Of a stretch of DNA of 63,470 nucleotides, positions 1-17,642 are shown piece after piece (within the stretch, counting starts at the first letter, position 1; every line of letters starts with the position of its first letter). Below the pieces are notes generated by a model, which worked only from the letters and a program-made list of their open reading frames with translations, was not told where the DNA came from and did no database searches. The translations under genes were made by a program, and so were the position numbers. The DNA is from Haloarculaceae archaeon (lineage in GTDB: Archaea > Halobacteriota > Halobacteria > Halobacteriales > Haloarculaceae): contig JBDGPQ010000073.1 of NCBI GenBank assembly GCA_042219595.1, forward strand, positions 1 to 63,470, in the 5' to 3' direction.

Positions 1-20
1 GTGACATCCTAATCCGGTGA

Positions 21-7000
<6,980 letters not shown>

Positions 7001-7011
7001 GCATCGCAAGC

Positions 7012-7051
7012 CCCTGACGGTATAGGGTATTGGGAGATTCCATCGTCAGGG
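7012..7051. terminator. Candidate intergenic hairpin between convergent genes
   Basis: There is a perfect 8-bp inverted repeat, CCCTGACG (7012-7019) and CGTCAGGG (7044-7051), between the gyrA stop and the stop of the minus-strand gene. Confidence 0.25.
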
Positions 7052-7759
7052 TGGGAACAAAAGGACCAACGATAGCAGTGTCGGGGGCAGTCCGAGCACG
7101 AAGCCAGCGATCGCGCGATCGCGGACGAGGCCGACACCATCATCACGACCTTCATCCGCGATGACAAATGGAATCGCGAGAAGCCGCGCGACAAGCCGCG
7201 GGACGGCCGGTGCTCGGAGCCTGACACGGTCGTTCTGACGTGTGAGGACTCCTGTGGCAGTGACCCTGTCACCGGGGGCAATGCGCCGCTCAACAAGCCG
7301 ATACCGTTCGTCAGGATCAATGTGTTCAACGGCAGTCTGAAGCTCGGTCGGGAGATCGGCTTCGGTCTCGATCACTGCAGTATCGTCGACATCAAGGGCA
7401 AGTCTCGCACTCGTCGGATCGACCTGCACGCGTCTGTCAGACGTTTCAAGAGTGAACTCCGTCCGCTCGCTGGCGGAGACGACATCCCGCCAGACCCGAC
7501 TAGCGACTTTGCCGGCCTCGCGCTCGATCACCCACTCTACGCACACCGCACGCTCGCCGGAGAGCGGAGCGTGGATGTCGTCTCTCTGGTTCAGCGTCCG
7601 TGCTACGCCGGCGAGTCGAGTCGGTCCCTCGTGATCGACCAGTCCCGCCCCAAATCGGAGTCGAAGCCACTGGAGGACGCCGATTGCGCCGATCAGTAGG
7701 GTCGTTATTCCCCCGGCCAAAATTACGAGGACGAGCGCCAAGGCCGGGGCGAACGCCAT
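7046..7759 (-). CDS. Membrane protein with N- and C-terminal TM helices, unknown function (possibly GIDE-like topology)
   Basis: The 237-aa ORF has a hydrophobic N-terminus (FAPALALVLVILAGGITTLLIGAIGVL) and a hydrophobic C-terminus (IAGFVLGLPPTLLSLVLLF). The central domain is acidic. Confidence 0.55.
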   Translation of the reverse strand: MAFAPALALVLVILAGGITTLLIGAIGVLQWLRLRFGAGLVDHEGPTRLAGVARTLNQRDDIHAPLSGERAVCVEWVIEREAGKVASRVWRDVVSASERTEFTLETSDRRVQVDPTSARLALDVDDTAVIETEADLPTELQTAVEHIDPDERYRLVERRIAPGDRVTATGVLTRQNDRVRLRAPAVPRLVARLLAIPFVIADEGRDDGVGLVRDRAIAGFVLGLPPTLLSLVLLFPP

Positions 7760-7797
7760 GGCTGGATTCTCGAGCGGTGCGGCCTTCCACCTGTCGC

Positions 7798-8721
7798 TTA
7801 GAGTGTGCGCTTTCCGAGCGCACTCGCGACCAGCTCACACGCCAGCTCCGCTGTGGCGTTGCTCCTGTCGAGGATCGGATTAACTTCGACGACTTCCATT
7901 GCCGCCAAATCGTCGCGTGCCCGACTCGCCACGAGTTCCATCGCGACGTGTGCCTCCCGATACGACACGCCGCCACGAACTGGCGTTCCAACACCGGGCG
8001 CTGCCGCTGGATCGAGCCAGTCCATATCAAGACTGAGCATGAGCCCGTCTGTTCCATCAAGCGCCATCTCGATGGCCTCTTCCACGACAGGGGCGACTCC
8101 GCGACGATCCAGATCAGACATCGTATAGGCGGCCCCAGCAGAGGCTCGCACCCGTTCTCGCTCCTCCCCATCAAGGTCTCTGAGGCCGATCCAGGAAACG
8201 TTCTCTATAGCCACACCCTCGGCTCCGGCCCACGCGAGATCCGCGAATGGGCCCTCGCCGAGCAGTGCCGCTAGCGACATTCCATGGACGTTGCCGCTCG
8301 GCGAGGTAGCTGGGAGATTGTAGTCCCCGTGGGCGTCGAACCACAGCACTCCAATGTTGCTATCACGTGCAAGTCCGTTCGCGGTTCCGATAGCGATGGA
8401 GTGGTCACCCCCAAGGACCAGCGGGAGTTGGTCCGCGGCGATGCTCTCGGCGACGGTGGTCCCGAGAGCTTGACAGACCGCGCCGGTCTCTTCTAAGAAC
8501 TTCGCCCGCCCGCCCCCCAACATTGTGGGCTCCGGATCGCGCTCCTCAGGGTTCGGTACCGAGATGTCTCCCCCATCAATGCACTCGATGCCCATCCCGT
8601 GGAGCTGGTCGGCAAGGCCCGCGTAGCGGATCGCCGACGGCCCCATATCGACGCCGCGGCGGTCGGCGCCGAGATCCATTGGGACGCCCACGAGCCGTGC
8701 GGTACGGTCCATGTCAGTCAT
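7798..8721 (-). CDS. Arginase/agmatinase/formiminoglutamase-family ureohydrolase
   Basis: Mn-binding motifs are present: GGDHSIAIG, DAHGDYN and SLDMDWLDP. The track start is a GTG at 8736, and I prefer the ATG at 8721 (MTDMDRTARLVGVP). Confidence 0.8.
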   Translation of the reverse strand: MTDMDRTARLVGVPMDLGADRRGVDMGPSAIRYAGLADQLHGMGIECIDGGDISVPNPEERDPEPTMLGGGRAKFLEETGAVCQALGTTVAESIAADQLPLVLGGDHSIAIGTANGLARDSNIGVLWFDAHGDYNLPATSPSGNVHGMSLAALLGEGPFADLAWAGAEGVAIENVSWIGLRDLDGEERERVRASAGAAYTMSDLDRRGVAPVVEEAIEMALDGTDGLMLSLDMDWLDPAAAPGVGTPVRGGVSYREAHVAMELVASRARDDLAAMEVVEVNPILDRSNATAELACELVASALGKRTL

Positions 8722-8736
8722 TGCCGGCGATTGCAC

Positions 8737-9654
8737 CTAACGGTACTGCTCGCACACCCGCTCGAGCCCGGTCTCAAAACTTATCTCTGGCTCCCATCCG
8801 GTGGCCGCGCGGAGCTTACTGGCGTCGGCGAGCGTGTCATGGACATAAACGTGGTCAGGGACCGCGCCCTCGGCGTATGTTGGCTCGATATCCTTGCCGA
8901 GAAGGTCATTGAGCCGTTCTACCAGCTCGTTGAAACTGTGCTGCTCCCCAGTGCCGACATTAAAAATTCCCTGGCACTGGTGATCCACAGCCAGTTCCAC
9001 TGCCCGAACAACGTCGGAAACGTGAGTGAAATCCCGTGTCTGGGTCCCGTCACCCCAGAGTTCCGGCTGTCGACCGTGGGCGATGTCGTCGGCAAATTGG
9101 GCGATAAGATTGGCGTACTCGCCCTTGTGCGACTCCGCTCCTCCGTAGCCCTGATAGACTGAGAAGAACCGTAGGCCACATGTCGTAAGTCCGTAATGAT
9201 TGTGAAAATACTCTGCATACCGCTCGCGAGCGAGCTTCGAAGCCTCATATCCGGTGTTGGCTTCGACTGGGAGATCCTCCGGCGATGGATCGGTTCGAGA
9301 GCCATAGATCGAGGACGTTGAGGCGTATACGACGTGCTCACAACCGTCCTGTCTCGCCTGATCAACGACATTCACGAACCCTTCGACATTGACACGGGCA
9401 CCGCGGACGGGATCATCCTCATGCATCGCGTACGAGGACAGAGCGGCGAGGTGGAATACTACGTCAACATCGGTCGGAAGATCATCATCAAGTACGCTCG
9501 CCTCGACAAATTCGACCCCTTCGTCGAGATTGTCTGGGGTGCCAAGGTAGCAATCATCGAGAGCAATGACGTCGTTGTCGGCAGCGAGGCGGTTGGCGAG
9601 GTTCGATCCGATGAATCCGGCCCCGCCGGTCACAAGGACGCTGGCGCCATCCAT
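8737..9654 (-). CDS. NAD-dependent epimerase/dehydratase (UDP-sugar 4-epimerase-like SDR)
   Basis: It has an N-terminal Rossmann motif (VLVTGGAGFIGSNL) and the YxxxK motif (YEASKLARE). Confidence 0.85.
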   Translation of the reverse strand: MDGASVLVTGGAGFIGSNLANRLAADNDVIALDDCYLGTPDNLDEGVEFVEASVLDDDLPTDVDVVFHLAALSSYAMHEDDPVRGARVNVEGFVNVVDQARQDGCEHVVYASTSSIYGSRTDPSPEDLPVEANTGYEASKLARERYAEYFHNHYGLTTCGLRFFSVYQGYGGAESHKGEYANLIAQFADDIAHGRQPELWGDGTQTRDFTHVSDVVRAVELAVDHQCQGIFNVGTGEQHSFNELVERLNDLLGKDIEPTYAEGAVPDHVYVHDTLADASKLRAATGWEPEISFETGLERVCEQYR

Positions 9655-9757
9655 GCGCGGTCTCCGACCCTGGAGTGTTTAGTGGTTCTCATCTGGAAAA
9701 CCGCCCGCTCCCGGCCCCACCGCCGGACTTAAGGACGATTGCGCCGAAGTCGGTATC

Positions 9758-10291
9758 ATGTCATCGATCGAACTGACGCCCAGCCAGCAAACCATCCTAC
9801 AGGAGCTGGTCAACCTCCACCGGGAGTCCGAATCGGCGGTGAAGGGGGAGGACATCGCCGAGCAAGTCGACAGAAATCCTGGGACGATTCGCAACCAGAT
9901 GCAGAGTCTCAAAGCCCTTCAGCTGGTTGAGGGGGTCCCCGGACCAAAAGGTGGGTACAAACCCACAGCAGCTGCGTATGACGCACTCGGCATGCAGGAG
10001 ATCGACCATGCCGCAGAGGTGCCGCTGTTTCACAATGGCGAGCGAGTCGCGGAAGCCAACGTTGAGGAGATTGACCTGACGAGTGTCCACCACCCGGAAG
10101 AATGCCGGGCGGAAGTCACGTTGCGCGGCTCAGTGGCTGATTTTCATGAAGGTGACTCCGTGACCGTTGGCCCGACACCACTCTCGAAACTCCGCATTGA
10201 TGGGACGCTCGAGGGCAAGGACGACACCAGCAACACGTTGGTTCTAACGATCGACGATATGCGCGCGCCAGTCGAAGAGCCGGCGCACTGA
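9758..10291 (+). CDS. Archaeal winged-helix transcriptional regulator-like protein
   Basis: The N-terminus LTPSQQTILQELVNLHRE...GEDIAEQVDRNPGTIRNQMQSLKALQLVEGVPGPKGGYKPT matches the archaeal HTH module often fused to CBS domains. The C-terminal domain is different. Confidence 0.6.
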   Translation: MSSIELTPSQQTILQELVNLHRESESAVKGEDIAEQVDRNPGTIRNQMQSLKALQLVEGVPGPKGGYKPTAAAYDALGMQEIDHAAEVPLFHNGERVAEANVEEIDLTSVHHPEECRAEVTLRGSVADFHEGDSVTVGPTPLSKLRIDGTLEGKDDTSNTLVLTIDDMRAPVEEPAH

Positions 10292-10300
10292 GCTGAGAAT

Positions 10301-11650
10301 TCAGTCCTCAATCGCTGTCATCGCCGCCGTGCGAACGGCCGCCATTCGATCCTCCACCCCCGCACCCTCTCCATAAAGTCGCAGCTTTGGCTCTGTTCCG
10401 CTCGGTCTGACCAGAAGCCAGCTCTCATCCGGGAACGTTAGCCGCAGACCATGGGACTCATCGACCGTTGCGTCAGGGAAACGCTCAGGAAGCGCCTCAC
10501 GGAGGGCGGTCATCGCCATCTCTTTGCGCTGTTCGGGACAATCGATGTTGTCCATGTGAGCTGGCGGCTCAGATACCGGAGCGATGAGCGATTCCAGGCC
10601 CTGGTCTGCAACCAGCCTGGTGAGGACTCCCGCCGATACCACGGCGTCGATCCATGACCCAAACCCTGGGTGGAGATGCTTCCATGGTTCGGCCGCAAAG
10701 ACGACCACTGTGCCATCGTCGGTGTCGTCCCTGACTGTAGAGAGCCCCTCATGCAGCGACCCGAGTGCAACCCGCTCTACCCGGCCGCCGGCCGCCCCGA
10801 CGCGCTCGTCGATCCGGCCGGATGCATTTGGAGTCGTCAAGACGACCGGGTCAGCAGCATCGCTTCTGGCGACATAGTGGTAGGCCAGCACAGCAATGAT
10901 CGTCGCCGCATGAACGACCTCGCCGTCCGCGTCAACGACGACCAACCGATCGCCATCCCCATCGTGTCCGAGTCCCAGTACACACCCTGATTCAGCGACG
11001 TAGGCACGGAGATCCGCTAATGTTTCGGCGGTCGGCTTGCTTGGACGGGCTGGTGCCGAGCCATCGAGGTCGGCATTGAGTGCGTGAACGCGGGCCCCCA
11101 GGTCGGTCAGGACCTGTGGCGTTGCCCGAGCAGCAGTCCCGTTTCCACAGTCAACAGCAATCGGGAGACCATCCGGATCTGTCCCGTGAGCCTGAACATA
11201 CGTGCCAACGGCCTCTCGATACTCATGAAGGAATGAGGCCGAGTGGCTACCGGTCCAACGATTCCACGAAACCGATTCGGCACCAGCGTCCAGTCGCTCC
11301 GTAATCCGCTGCTCCGCCTCGGCAGCGAATTCTGTACCGTCGACGAACAGTTTGATCCCATTATCCGGCGGAGGATTGTGGCTGGCTGTGACCATCACAC
11401 CATACCGCCCTTGGCTGGCAAATGCAGTGGCGGGGGTTGGTACCTGCCCGATTCGGAGGACTCTGGCGCCCCCACTCTCGAGTCCTGCTGCAAGAGCATC
11501 CGTCAGTGCTTCACCAGTGGGGCGGGCATCCCGGCCAAGGACAACCGTACCCGCCTCCGTTGCCACTGCTTGACCGATCGCCAGCGCCAGGTCTGGCGTG
11601 ACCTCCGATTCGACGGGCCCACGGATGCCCGCGGTCCCGAACAGCGCCAT
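10301..11650 (-). CDS. Phosphohexomutase (phosphoglucosamine/phosphomannomutase family)
   Basis: Motifs seen are FGTAGIRG, the active-site TASHNPPPDNGIK, GHDGDGDR and RPSGTEPKLR. The track start is 11677, and I prefer the ATG at 11650 (MALFGTAGIRG). Confidence 0.85.
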   Translation of the reverse strand: MALFGTAGIRGPVESEVTPDLALAIGQAVATEAGTVVLGRDARPTGEALTDALAAGLESGGARVLRIGQVPTPATAFASQGRYGVMVTASHNPPPDNGIKLFVDGTEFAAEAEQRITERLDAGAESVSWNRWTGSHSASFLHEYREAVGTYVQAHGTDPDGLPIAVDCGNGTAARATPQVLTDLGARVHALNADLDGSAPARPSKPTAETLADLRAYVAESGCVLGLGHDGDGDRLVVVDADGEVVHAATIIAVLAYHYVARSDAADPVVLTTPNASGRIDERVGAAGGRVERVALGSLHEGLSTVRDDTDDGTVVVFAAEPWKHLHPGFGSWIDAVVSAGVLTRLVADQGLESLIAPVSEPPAHMDNIDCPEQRKEMAMTALREALPERFPDATVDESHGLRLTFPDESWLLVRPSGTEPKLRLYGEGAGVEDRMAAVRTAAMTAIED

Positions 11651-11688
11651 GGCTGGGGGCAGCGACCCCAGTGGCATAGACCCACCGC

Positions 11689-12408
11689 CTACACGACTTC
11701 GTCGAGGTCGTAATCCTCGATATCGACGCCGTCGGCAGTGACGTCCGCGATAAATATGCCGTTACCCGACCCGGTATCTCTCTCGGCTGCAGCACGTATC
11801 GCTGCAGCGGCGGCCTCCCGTGCCGCCTCGTTATCCATGTCCGTTTCATAGCGGTCTTCGAGCGTACCGTAGGCGACCGTCAGGCCGCTTCCAGTGACGG
11901 TGTAATCATCTTCCATGACGCCGCCAGCAGGATCGATGCTGAAAACATGCGTGCCGTCATCATCAACGCCACCAAGAACTGGATTGATCGCGAAAAACGG
12001 CCCGCCACGTGCGAAATTGCCGGCGAGCGTCGAGAGCGCCGTCATCGACATGTCCTGATCTCGGCGGGCTTCGTAGAGATTTACCTCGGCCCTGAGCGTT
12101 CGAATGAACGACTGCGCGCCCCCGACCGAGCCAACAAGCGTCAGCGCAGCTGTCGGGTGAATTTGTTCGACCTTCTGGACGTTTTTGTTCGAGACAAATC
12201 GCCCGCCAAGGCTCGCGCGTTTGTCCGTGGCGATGACAACCCCTTCGGCTGTTGCAATGCCAACAGTCGTCGTCCCCGTCTTGTTGACGCTGTCCTCGTC
12301 GCTGTTGCTTTCGGGAAGCGTTCCAAGCTCCGGTGAATATGCATCCGGCAGATGTGCGTCAGCATCGAGGGCCCGGCCGGCCGCGGGTCCGTCCAACTCG
12401 TGGGGCAT
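11689..12408 (-). CDS. psmB: Proteasome subunit beta
   Basis: A propeptide is followed by the TTTVGIATAEGVVIATDKRASLG N-terminal nucleophile motif. Confidence 0.9.
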   Translation of the reverse strand: MPHELDGPAAGRALDADAHLPDAYSPELGTLPESNSDEDSVNKTGTTTVGIATAEGVVIATDKRASLGGRFVSNKNVQKVEQIHPTAALTLVGSVGGAQSFIRTLRAEVNLYEARRDQDMSMTALSTLAGNFARGGPFFAINPVLGGVDDDGTHVFSIDPAGGVMEDDYTVTGSGLTVAYGTLEDRYETDMDNEAAREAAAAAIRAAAERDTGSGNGIFIADVTADGVDIEDYDLDEVV

Positions 12409-12464
12409 TACTGGCGGCTAGCGGTGGCAGCCCTTATAAGCTCCCGCATCGGTCCCGAGAGCGA

Positions 12465-12629
12465 TCAGCTTGACATGTATGCATCGCCAAGGCGCCGGAC
12501 GACCCGGTGAACTGGGAGGGGTACCCCAGCTTGCCGAACGAGAAGGGCGATCGGCATCGCAAGGATTCCAGCGACGACAGTCAAGGCATACGCCATCGCG
12601 ACGAGCACGCGGATAGGTCGGTCGGCCAT
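12465..12629 (-). CDS. Possible small membrane protein (54 aa)
   Basis: MADRPIRVLVAMAYALTVVAGILAMPIALLV contains one clear TM helix. There is no other support. Confidence 0.25.
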   Translation of the reverse strand: MADRPIRVLVAMAYALTVVAGILAMPIALLVRQAGVPLPVHRVVRRLGDAYMSS

Positions 12630-13025
12630 CTGTGGTATGCGACCGTGGCCAACCCATCCTATATAACTTTCTCGGCCGAATCCATCACGATTCATTATAA
12701 TGGGATTCGATGTATACCGCCTCCGTCGTGCGATTCAAGTGTGGTGGAATGTAGCTCAACTCGAGGTGCGGTTCTTTCCTCCGAGAACATTCCCCGCGGA
12801 TAGGTCTCCGACGTGATTGCTATAACTTATCAGGATATTCAGGATCGCACGCGCGTAGCAGACTCCAGTACATGTCCATCCCATACCGGCATTGAGGACT
12901 ACTGATCGGACCTTCGAACGGGTGGTAACCGACGGTCTCTCAGTTGCCTGACGAACCCTCGACAGCGAGATATGGGGCTCACCCAAATCCAAAAGAGCCG
13001 AGTATTCGCCGGCAAATCCACTCAT

Positions 13026-13394
13026 ATGCACTACCGCGTGCTGCTGGAGGCGGCTTGGTTGGTTCATGACGTCGAGGCGGTTGATGACGCGATCGGCGTG
13101 GCGGTGAGTGAGGCTGGCAAGCGGTTGAACGAGGCTGACATGGCATATGTCGAGGTGGAAGTCGGTTTTACAGACTGTCCAGCCTGCGGCGAACCGTTCG
13201 ACTCGGCGTTCGTCGCGGCTGACACCGCTCTGGTTGGCTTACTCCTCGAGATGAAGGTCTTCAATGCAGAAAGCGACGAACACGCTCGACGGATCGCAAA
13301 GAGTGATGTCGGGGGCGCGTTACGGGATGTCCCACTCAAAGTGATCGAAACGACGGAGATCGAGGAAGAGGAGGAGGTCGACGCCGCCGAGTGA
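13026..13394 (+). CDS. Conserved archaeal protein, DUF555/UPF0212-like, with CPACG zinc motif and acidic tail
   Basis: [35 protein letters not shown]...[10 protein letters not shown] prefer the ATG at 13026 over the track start at 12972. Confidence 0.65.
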   Translation: MHYRVLLEAAWLVHDVEAVDDAIGVAVSEAGKRLNEADMAYVEVEVGFTDCPACGEPFDSAFVAADTALVGLLLEMKVFNAESDEHARRIAKSDVGGALRDVPLKVIETTEIEEEEEVDAAE

Positions 13395-13435
13395 GCCCCG
13401 GTGGCTTTTTATATTACCGAGGGTAATTCCGTGGC

Positions 13436-13978
13436 ATGGATCTGCCGACGCCTGAGGAGCTCCGGAACCGCCGGAAGGAGGAACTCGGTATCACCCAGAG
13501 CGAACTGGCGGAGCGCGCTGACGTCTCTCAGCCACTTATTGCCAGAATCGAGGGCGGTGATGTCGATCCACGGCTCTCCACTCTCCGGCGCATTGTCAAC
13601 GCTCTCGAGTCAGTCGCCGGGGATGTTGCAGTGGCAGCAGATCTCATGCATGAGGAGGTTGTCAGCGTCGCCCCGGACGATTCAGTCCGCCAGGCCGAAC
13701 GGACCATGGAGGAAGAGGCGTATTCACAGTTGCCCGTCCTCCAACATGGAACTCCTGTTGGGTCGATCAGCCACGGGGATATCATCGATGCAGGGGAAGC
13801 GGTCGGCGACGAACCTGTGAGTGCGATCATGGCGCCGTCATTCCCCCACGTATCGCCCGACACAACGATCGACGAACTCCGGACCCTACTCGAGCACTCG
13901 AAAGCTGTGATGGTCACCGAGGGCGGACATACCGTCGGTATCATCACCGAGGCCGATGTCGCCCGGCACCTATCTTAA
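13436..13978 (+). CDS. XRE-family HTH regulator with C-terminal CBS domain pair
   Basis: The HTH is LGITQSELAERADVSQPLIARIEGG, followed by two CBS-like repeats. Confidence 0.85.
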   Translation: MDLPTPEELRNRRKEELGITQSELAERADVSQPLIARIEGGDVDPRLSTLRRIVNALESVAGDVAVAADLMHEEVVSVAPDDSVRQAERTMEEEAYSQLPVLQHGTPVGSISHGDIIDAGEAVGDEPVSAIMAPSFPHVSPDTTIDELRTLLEHSKAVMVTEGGHTVGIITEADVARHLS

Positions 13979-14521
13979 TTGATTCGGGACGCGAGATACC
14001 CACCGAATCCACCAAAAGTAGCAGGATAAACAATACCTGCGACCGCAATCAGCCGTGGCATTGCCGGCAGTGCAAGTCCGAGGGATTCTCCCGACATCGA
14101 GAGCATCTCAGCGGCGGTGAGAAGCACTCCCGGGACGAGGACGATTCCACACGCGTAACCAAGCATGGTGCTGGCGCCGGTACACCAGGCTTCAATCCCA
14201 GTAGTTTGGCGTGAGCGCACTCCCAGTATCAAGCCTGCGCCGGTACACAGAATAATCGGAATCGATCCCCATATTGGCGCTGGAACTTGGAGCCCTCCAG
14301 CACCCGCCAGTAAGGGATCACCAGCAACCGCACCGAGATGACTAGCGTACTGCCACTGTGCCGCACTGATCGCAAGGAACTGCGGTGAGACTCTACTTCC
14401 ACCCGAGTGTCGCTTCCATCAGGACCAGGCACACAGTACCAAGATACCCACCGGCTGCTGCAGTAAAACCCCAGCTCAGTCCCGAGGCTACGCTGAATTG
14501 CTCGACCCACCTCCCGAACAT
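13975..14521 (-). pseudogene. Small polytopic membrane protein, apparently frameshifted
   Basis: The ATG at 14521 opens a 42-codon hydrophobic frame (MFGRWVEQFSVASGLSWGFTAAAGGYLGTVCLVLMEA) that stops at 14393-14395. A second hydrophobic frame is open from 14418 to 13975 and has no ATG/GTG/TTG before the TTG at 14232. Confidence 0.35.
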
Positions 14522-14581
14522 TGGTCGGTTCACAACTTGCGGCGAGATTCAGTATCAGGACGCCAAATTATCTGTCACGGG

Positions 14582-16735
14582 TCACCCGAGTTCATGGTCG
14601 AAAATCGCGCGGAGATCGGCGATCGACTCCGCATCGATGTCAAACCGTTTACCTCCAATCGAAAGATCAAGCCGGCCAGTTCCGGTCGCTCGGCCGATAC
14701 GATGGGTAGGTGCGATGTCCTCGAACGCGGCTTCGATACCCTCGGGTTCTGTTGTTTCGAGGATGACACGCCCTGGTTGTTCGTGGAACAGGGCCGGTGC
14801 GGGTTCCGCCGTCGATAACTCGACCGTTGCACCGGCCTCGTCATTCACCATCTCTGCAAGTGCTACCGCGAGGCCACCATGTGACAGATCGTGAGTTGCG
14901 AGTGTCGTTTCACGGCTTGCCACCTGGCTGAGTCGGTCGATTAATTGCGCTGGATCGCTCGGAAGTTCAGGGAACCGGTCACTGCCCCCGTGCTCAGCGA
15001 GATAGATCGAGCCGCCGAGTCGAGGCTCGCTGTTCCCCGCCAGTATCTGATCTCCGACAAGGACGAGATCGCCACCACCGGCAACCCCCATTGGCGGGGC
15101 CTCGTAACCACTGATGGTGCCCACCATCGCAAGCGTCGGTGTCGGAGGAATCGGTCCAGCACTGGAGTCATTATACAATGAAACATTCCCCCCGACGACC
15201 GGCACATCCAGAGCCTTACACATCTCTGCAAGGCCTGAAACAACGGACGCGAAACTACCGTAGATGTCTGGCTTCTCGGGATTGCCACCATTCAGACAGT
15301 CAACCGCAGCAAGCGGTTCTGCACCCTTCGTAGCAAGGTTGGTTGCGTTTTCCATGGCCACCGCCTGGGCCCCGCGATACGGCGCGGTTGCGGTCCAGTG
15401 AGGTTCGGCACCGGCGGAGATGGCGAGCCCGATATCGCCGGGCTCGTCGACTTCACGTATCGCGAGGATGGCAGCGTCATCACCCGGTCGGCGGGCGGTT
15501 CGGACGCCGACCTCATGGTCATACTGCCGATAGACCCAGCGCTTGCTCGCCGTGGCTGGGTGTCCGATGACTGCCTCAAATGCACGGTCGAGTTCGACAT
15601 CCGGAAGGTTTCGGTCGGCTTCCGGGATGGATTCGCGGGGGCGATCATGAGCAGGTGCTCCTTCGCCGAGGAACGCGGCCTCTACGTCGACGACCGTCTC
15701 CCCTTCGAAGGTGCACACGTAATTGCCATCCGTAACCGTTCCCACGACAGAACAGCCGAGATCGTATCGCTTGGCAATATCCCGGACGTCCTCGACATCG
15801 TCCGGTCTGACCTCGTACACCATCCGTTCCTGAGACTCAGCCAGAAGTATCTCCAATGCGGTCATGTTCGGTTCGCGCTGGTGAACGCGCTCGAGTTCAA
15901 TATCTGCGCCGAGGTCCCCTTTCGCGACCAGCTCGGAGGTTGCCCCCCCAAGGCCAGCCGCACCGAGGTCCCGCGCTGACCGGACGAGATCAGCGTCCAG
16001 TAAGGCCTCGTTTGCTTCAATCAGTAACTTCTCGGTATACGGATCCCCGACCTGGACAGCCGGTCGGTCCTCGGTTTCCGCGTCCTCTGCGAGGTCCTCA
16101 CTGGCGAACGCGGCCCCTCCAAGTCCATCCCGACCAGTTGCGTTGCCGACAAGAACGAGGGCATTCCCCGGCGACTGGGCCTCGGCGGTCACGAGTCGGT
16201 CGGGATCGTCGATCAAGCCAACACAGGCCACATTCACCAGTGGATTACCCTCATAACCCCCATGAAATGCGACGCTCCCAGCAACCGTTGGCACGCCGAT
16301 ACAATTCCCATAATGTGCAATCCCTTCGACGACACCCTCCAGAAGGTATCGAGAATGTTCCCGCGTGAAATCCCCAAAATAGAGCGCATCCGCGAGTGCT
16401 ATCGGGTACGCACCCATCGACATCGTATCGCGCACGATTCCGCCGACACCAGTCGCCGCACCATCAAACGGGTCAACGAAGGAGGGGTGATTGTGACTCT
16501 CGATGCCGAGGGTCAGATACGTATCGGTATCCGGGAGGGCCACAACGGCGGCATCATCACCAGGACCGACGATAACCTGATCGCCAGTAGATTCGAAGGC
16601 CGAGAGTAGTGGCCGCGAGGAGCGATAAGCACAATGTTCGCTCCAAAGATTTTCGAACAACGCCGCCTCTGCTGGGGTGGGGTCGCGGCCGAGCTCGTCG
16701 ATAATGAGCGCCCGGTCTGACTCGGCCAAAGCCAT
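14582..16735 (-). CDS. purL: Phosphoribosylformylglycinamidine synthase subunit II
   Basis: The 717-aa ORF has the typical PurL N-terminus ([26 protein letters not shown]) and duplicated AIR-synthase-like domains. Confidence 0.95.
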   Translation of the reverse strand: MALAESDRALIIDELGRDPTPAEAALFENLWSEHCAYRSSRPLLSAFESTGDQVIVGPGDDAAVVALPDTDTYLTLGIESHNHPSFVDPFDGAATGVGGIVRDTMSMGAYPIALADALYFGDFTREHSRYLLEGVVEGIAHYGNCIGVPTVAGSVAFHGGYEGNPLVNVACVGLIDDPDRLVTAEAQSPGNALVLVGNATGRDGLGGAAFASEDLAEDAETEDRPAVQVGDPYTEKLLIEANEALLDADLVRSARDLGAAGLGGATSELVAKGDLGADIELERVHQREPNMTALEILLAESQERMVYEVRPDDVEDVRDIAKRYDLGCSVVGTVTDGNYVCTFEGETVVDVEAAFLGEGAPAHDRPRESIPEADRNLPDVELDRAFEAVIGHPATASKRWVYRQYDHEVGVRTARRPGDDAAILAIREVDEPGDIGLAISAGAEPHWTATAPYRGAQAVAMENATNLATKGAEPLAAVDCLNGGNPEKPDIYGSFASVVSGLAEMCKALDVPVVGGNVSLYNDSSAGPIPPTPTLAMVGTISGYEAPPMGVAGGGDLVLVGDQILAGNSEPRLGGSIYLAEHGGSDRFPELPSDPAQLIDRLSQVASRETTLATHDLSHGGLAVALAEMVNDEAGATVELSTAEPAPALFHEQPGRVILETTEPEGIEAAFEDIAPTHRIGRATGTGRLDLSIGGKRFDIDAESIADLRAIFDHELG

Positions 16736-16822
16736 CTTGACGGACCTTGCCCCGACCTGGCTTTATCGCTTTCCATGCACCGGGCCTCGAGTGCAGCAGA
16801 ACGAATGCGACTCCTGAACGGA

Positions 16823-17164
16823 TCAATCGATGACGTATGACTGCAGTGTGCCTCGCGATCCCATGTCGACAAATCGGTATCGTCTCGATCCGGCGACGAC
16901 GCCAGCATCAGCCGCGTCGGGTGCTGGGACGTCATAGACTTCGTCGTACGGTTCGAGGTCATGCGTCTCGATGGCGGCCCTGACCGGAGCAGGGAGCGGT
17001 CGGTCTGATGCCAATTCCACCACCAGGAGGCGGTCGGTAAAGCTCTTGGCCAGCCACGCAGCAGCGACCGATTGACGGCTTTCAAGAGCTGTCGCGAGCT
17101 CCCGGAGCGTTGCCTCCCGCCGTGTCACGATCGAGATATCCGTCCGTACCGGGATCAGTTCCAT
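16823..17164 (-). CDS. Hypothetical protein
   Basis: The 113-aa ORF has haloarchaeal-type acidic composition. I recognise no motif. Confidence 0.45.
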   Translation of the reverse strand: MELIPVRTDISIVTRREATLRELATALESRQSVAAAWLAKSFTDRLLVVELASDRPLPAPVRAAIETHDLEPYDEVYDVPAPDAADAGVVAGSRRYRFVDMGSRGTLQSYVID

Positions 17165-17186
17165 CCCGAACCGCTTCGGCTTCTGA

Positions 17187-17564
17187 TCAACCGGCGTCGG
17201 TGTATAAGGAATACGTCAATACAGCGAACCCAATCGCGGCAAAACAACTTTCGACGAGAACTCCTGTCACGAGCTGGAGACCGAGGAGTTGGTGTACTGT
17301 CCCACCGAGCAGTGCCCCAGCGGTAAGGAGCCCGATGCCCAAGGCAAGGGCCGCGAGCGATCGCGACCCCGTCCGTCGCCACGCCCGAACCGCAAGAACG
17401 GTCACTACTCCGCCGAAGACGAGCGTCGCCGTCTTTGCGGCGACCAGCAGGACCGAAACGGGCAACGACGTCACGGGTATGGGGAACGTCTCACCGAGAC
17501 ACAAAAGAGGATATCGCGCATTTCCATTCCGCGAGAACTCGGCGGTCGCCACCGATCGGCACAT
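17187..17564 (-). CDS. Membrane protein, paralog of 17643..17933
   Basis: It has three or four TM helices and shares ...YR(A/R)W/YRRTG(S/R)...LA(L/I)G...LLGG...LVES...GFAV(L/I)(T/V)YSLY with the adjacent gene. The start is uncertain. Confidence 0.5.
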   Translation of the reverse strand: MCRSVATAEFSRNGNARYPLLCLGETFPIPVTSLPVSVLLVAAKTATLVFGGVVTVLAVRAWRRTGSRSLAALALGIGLLTAGALLGGTVHQLLGLQLVTGVLVESCFAAIGFAVLTYSLYTDAG

Positions 17565-17642
17565 TCCTACGAGCAGGTGTGGCCTGCCTCGTCACCGTTG
17601 AGGAAGCCACCTGGGCTCCGCCCTGGTTATCGAACGTCTGGA

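Noticed and set aside
12700-13020. A tRNA or RNase P-like element in the psmB / DUF555 spacer (GGAGGAAAGAACCGCACC on the minus strand, UUCGAA loops)
   Set aside because: No cloverleaf can be built, the CR-I-like string has AAC where UCC is required, and the region is too short for RNase P RNA.
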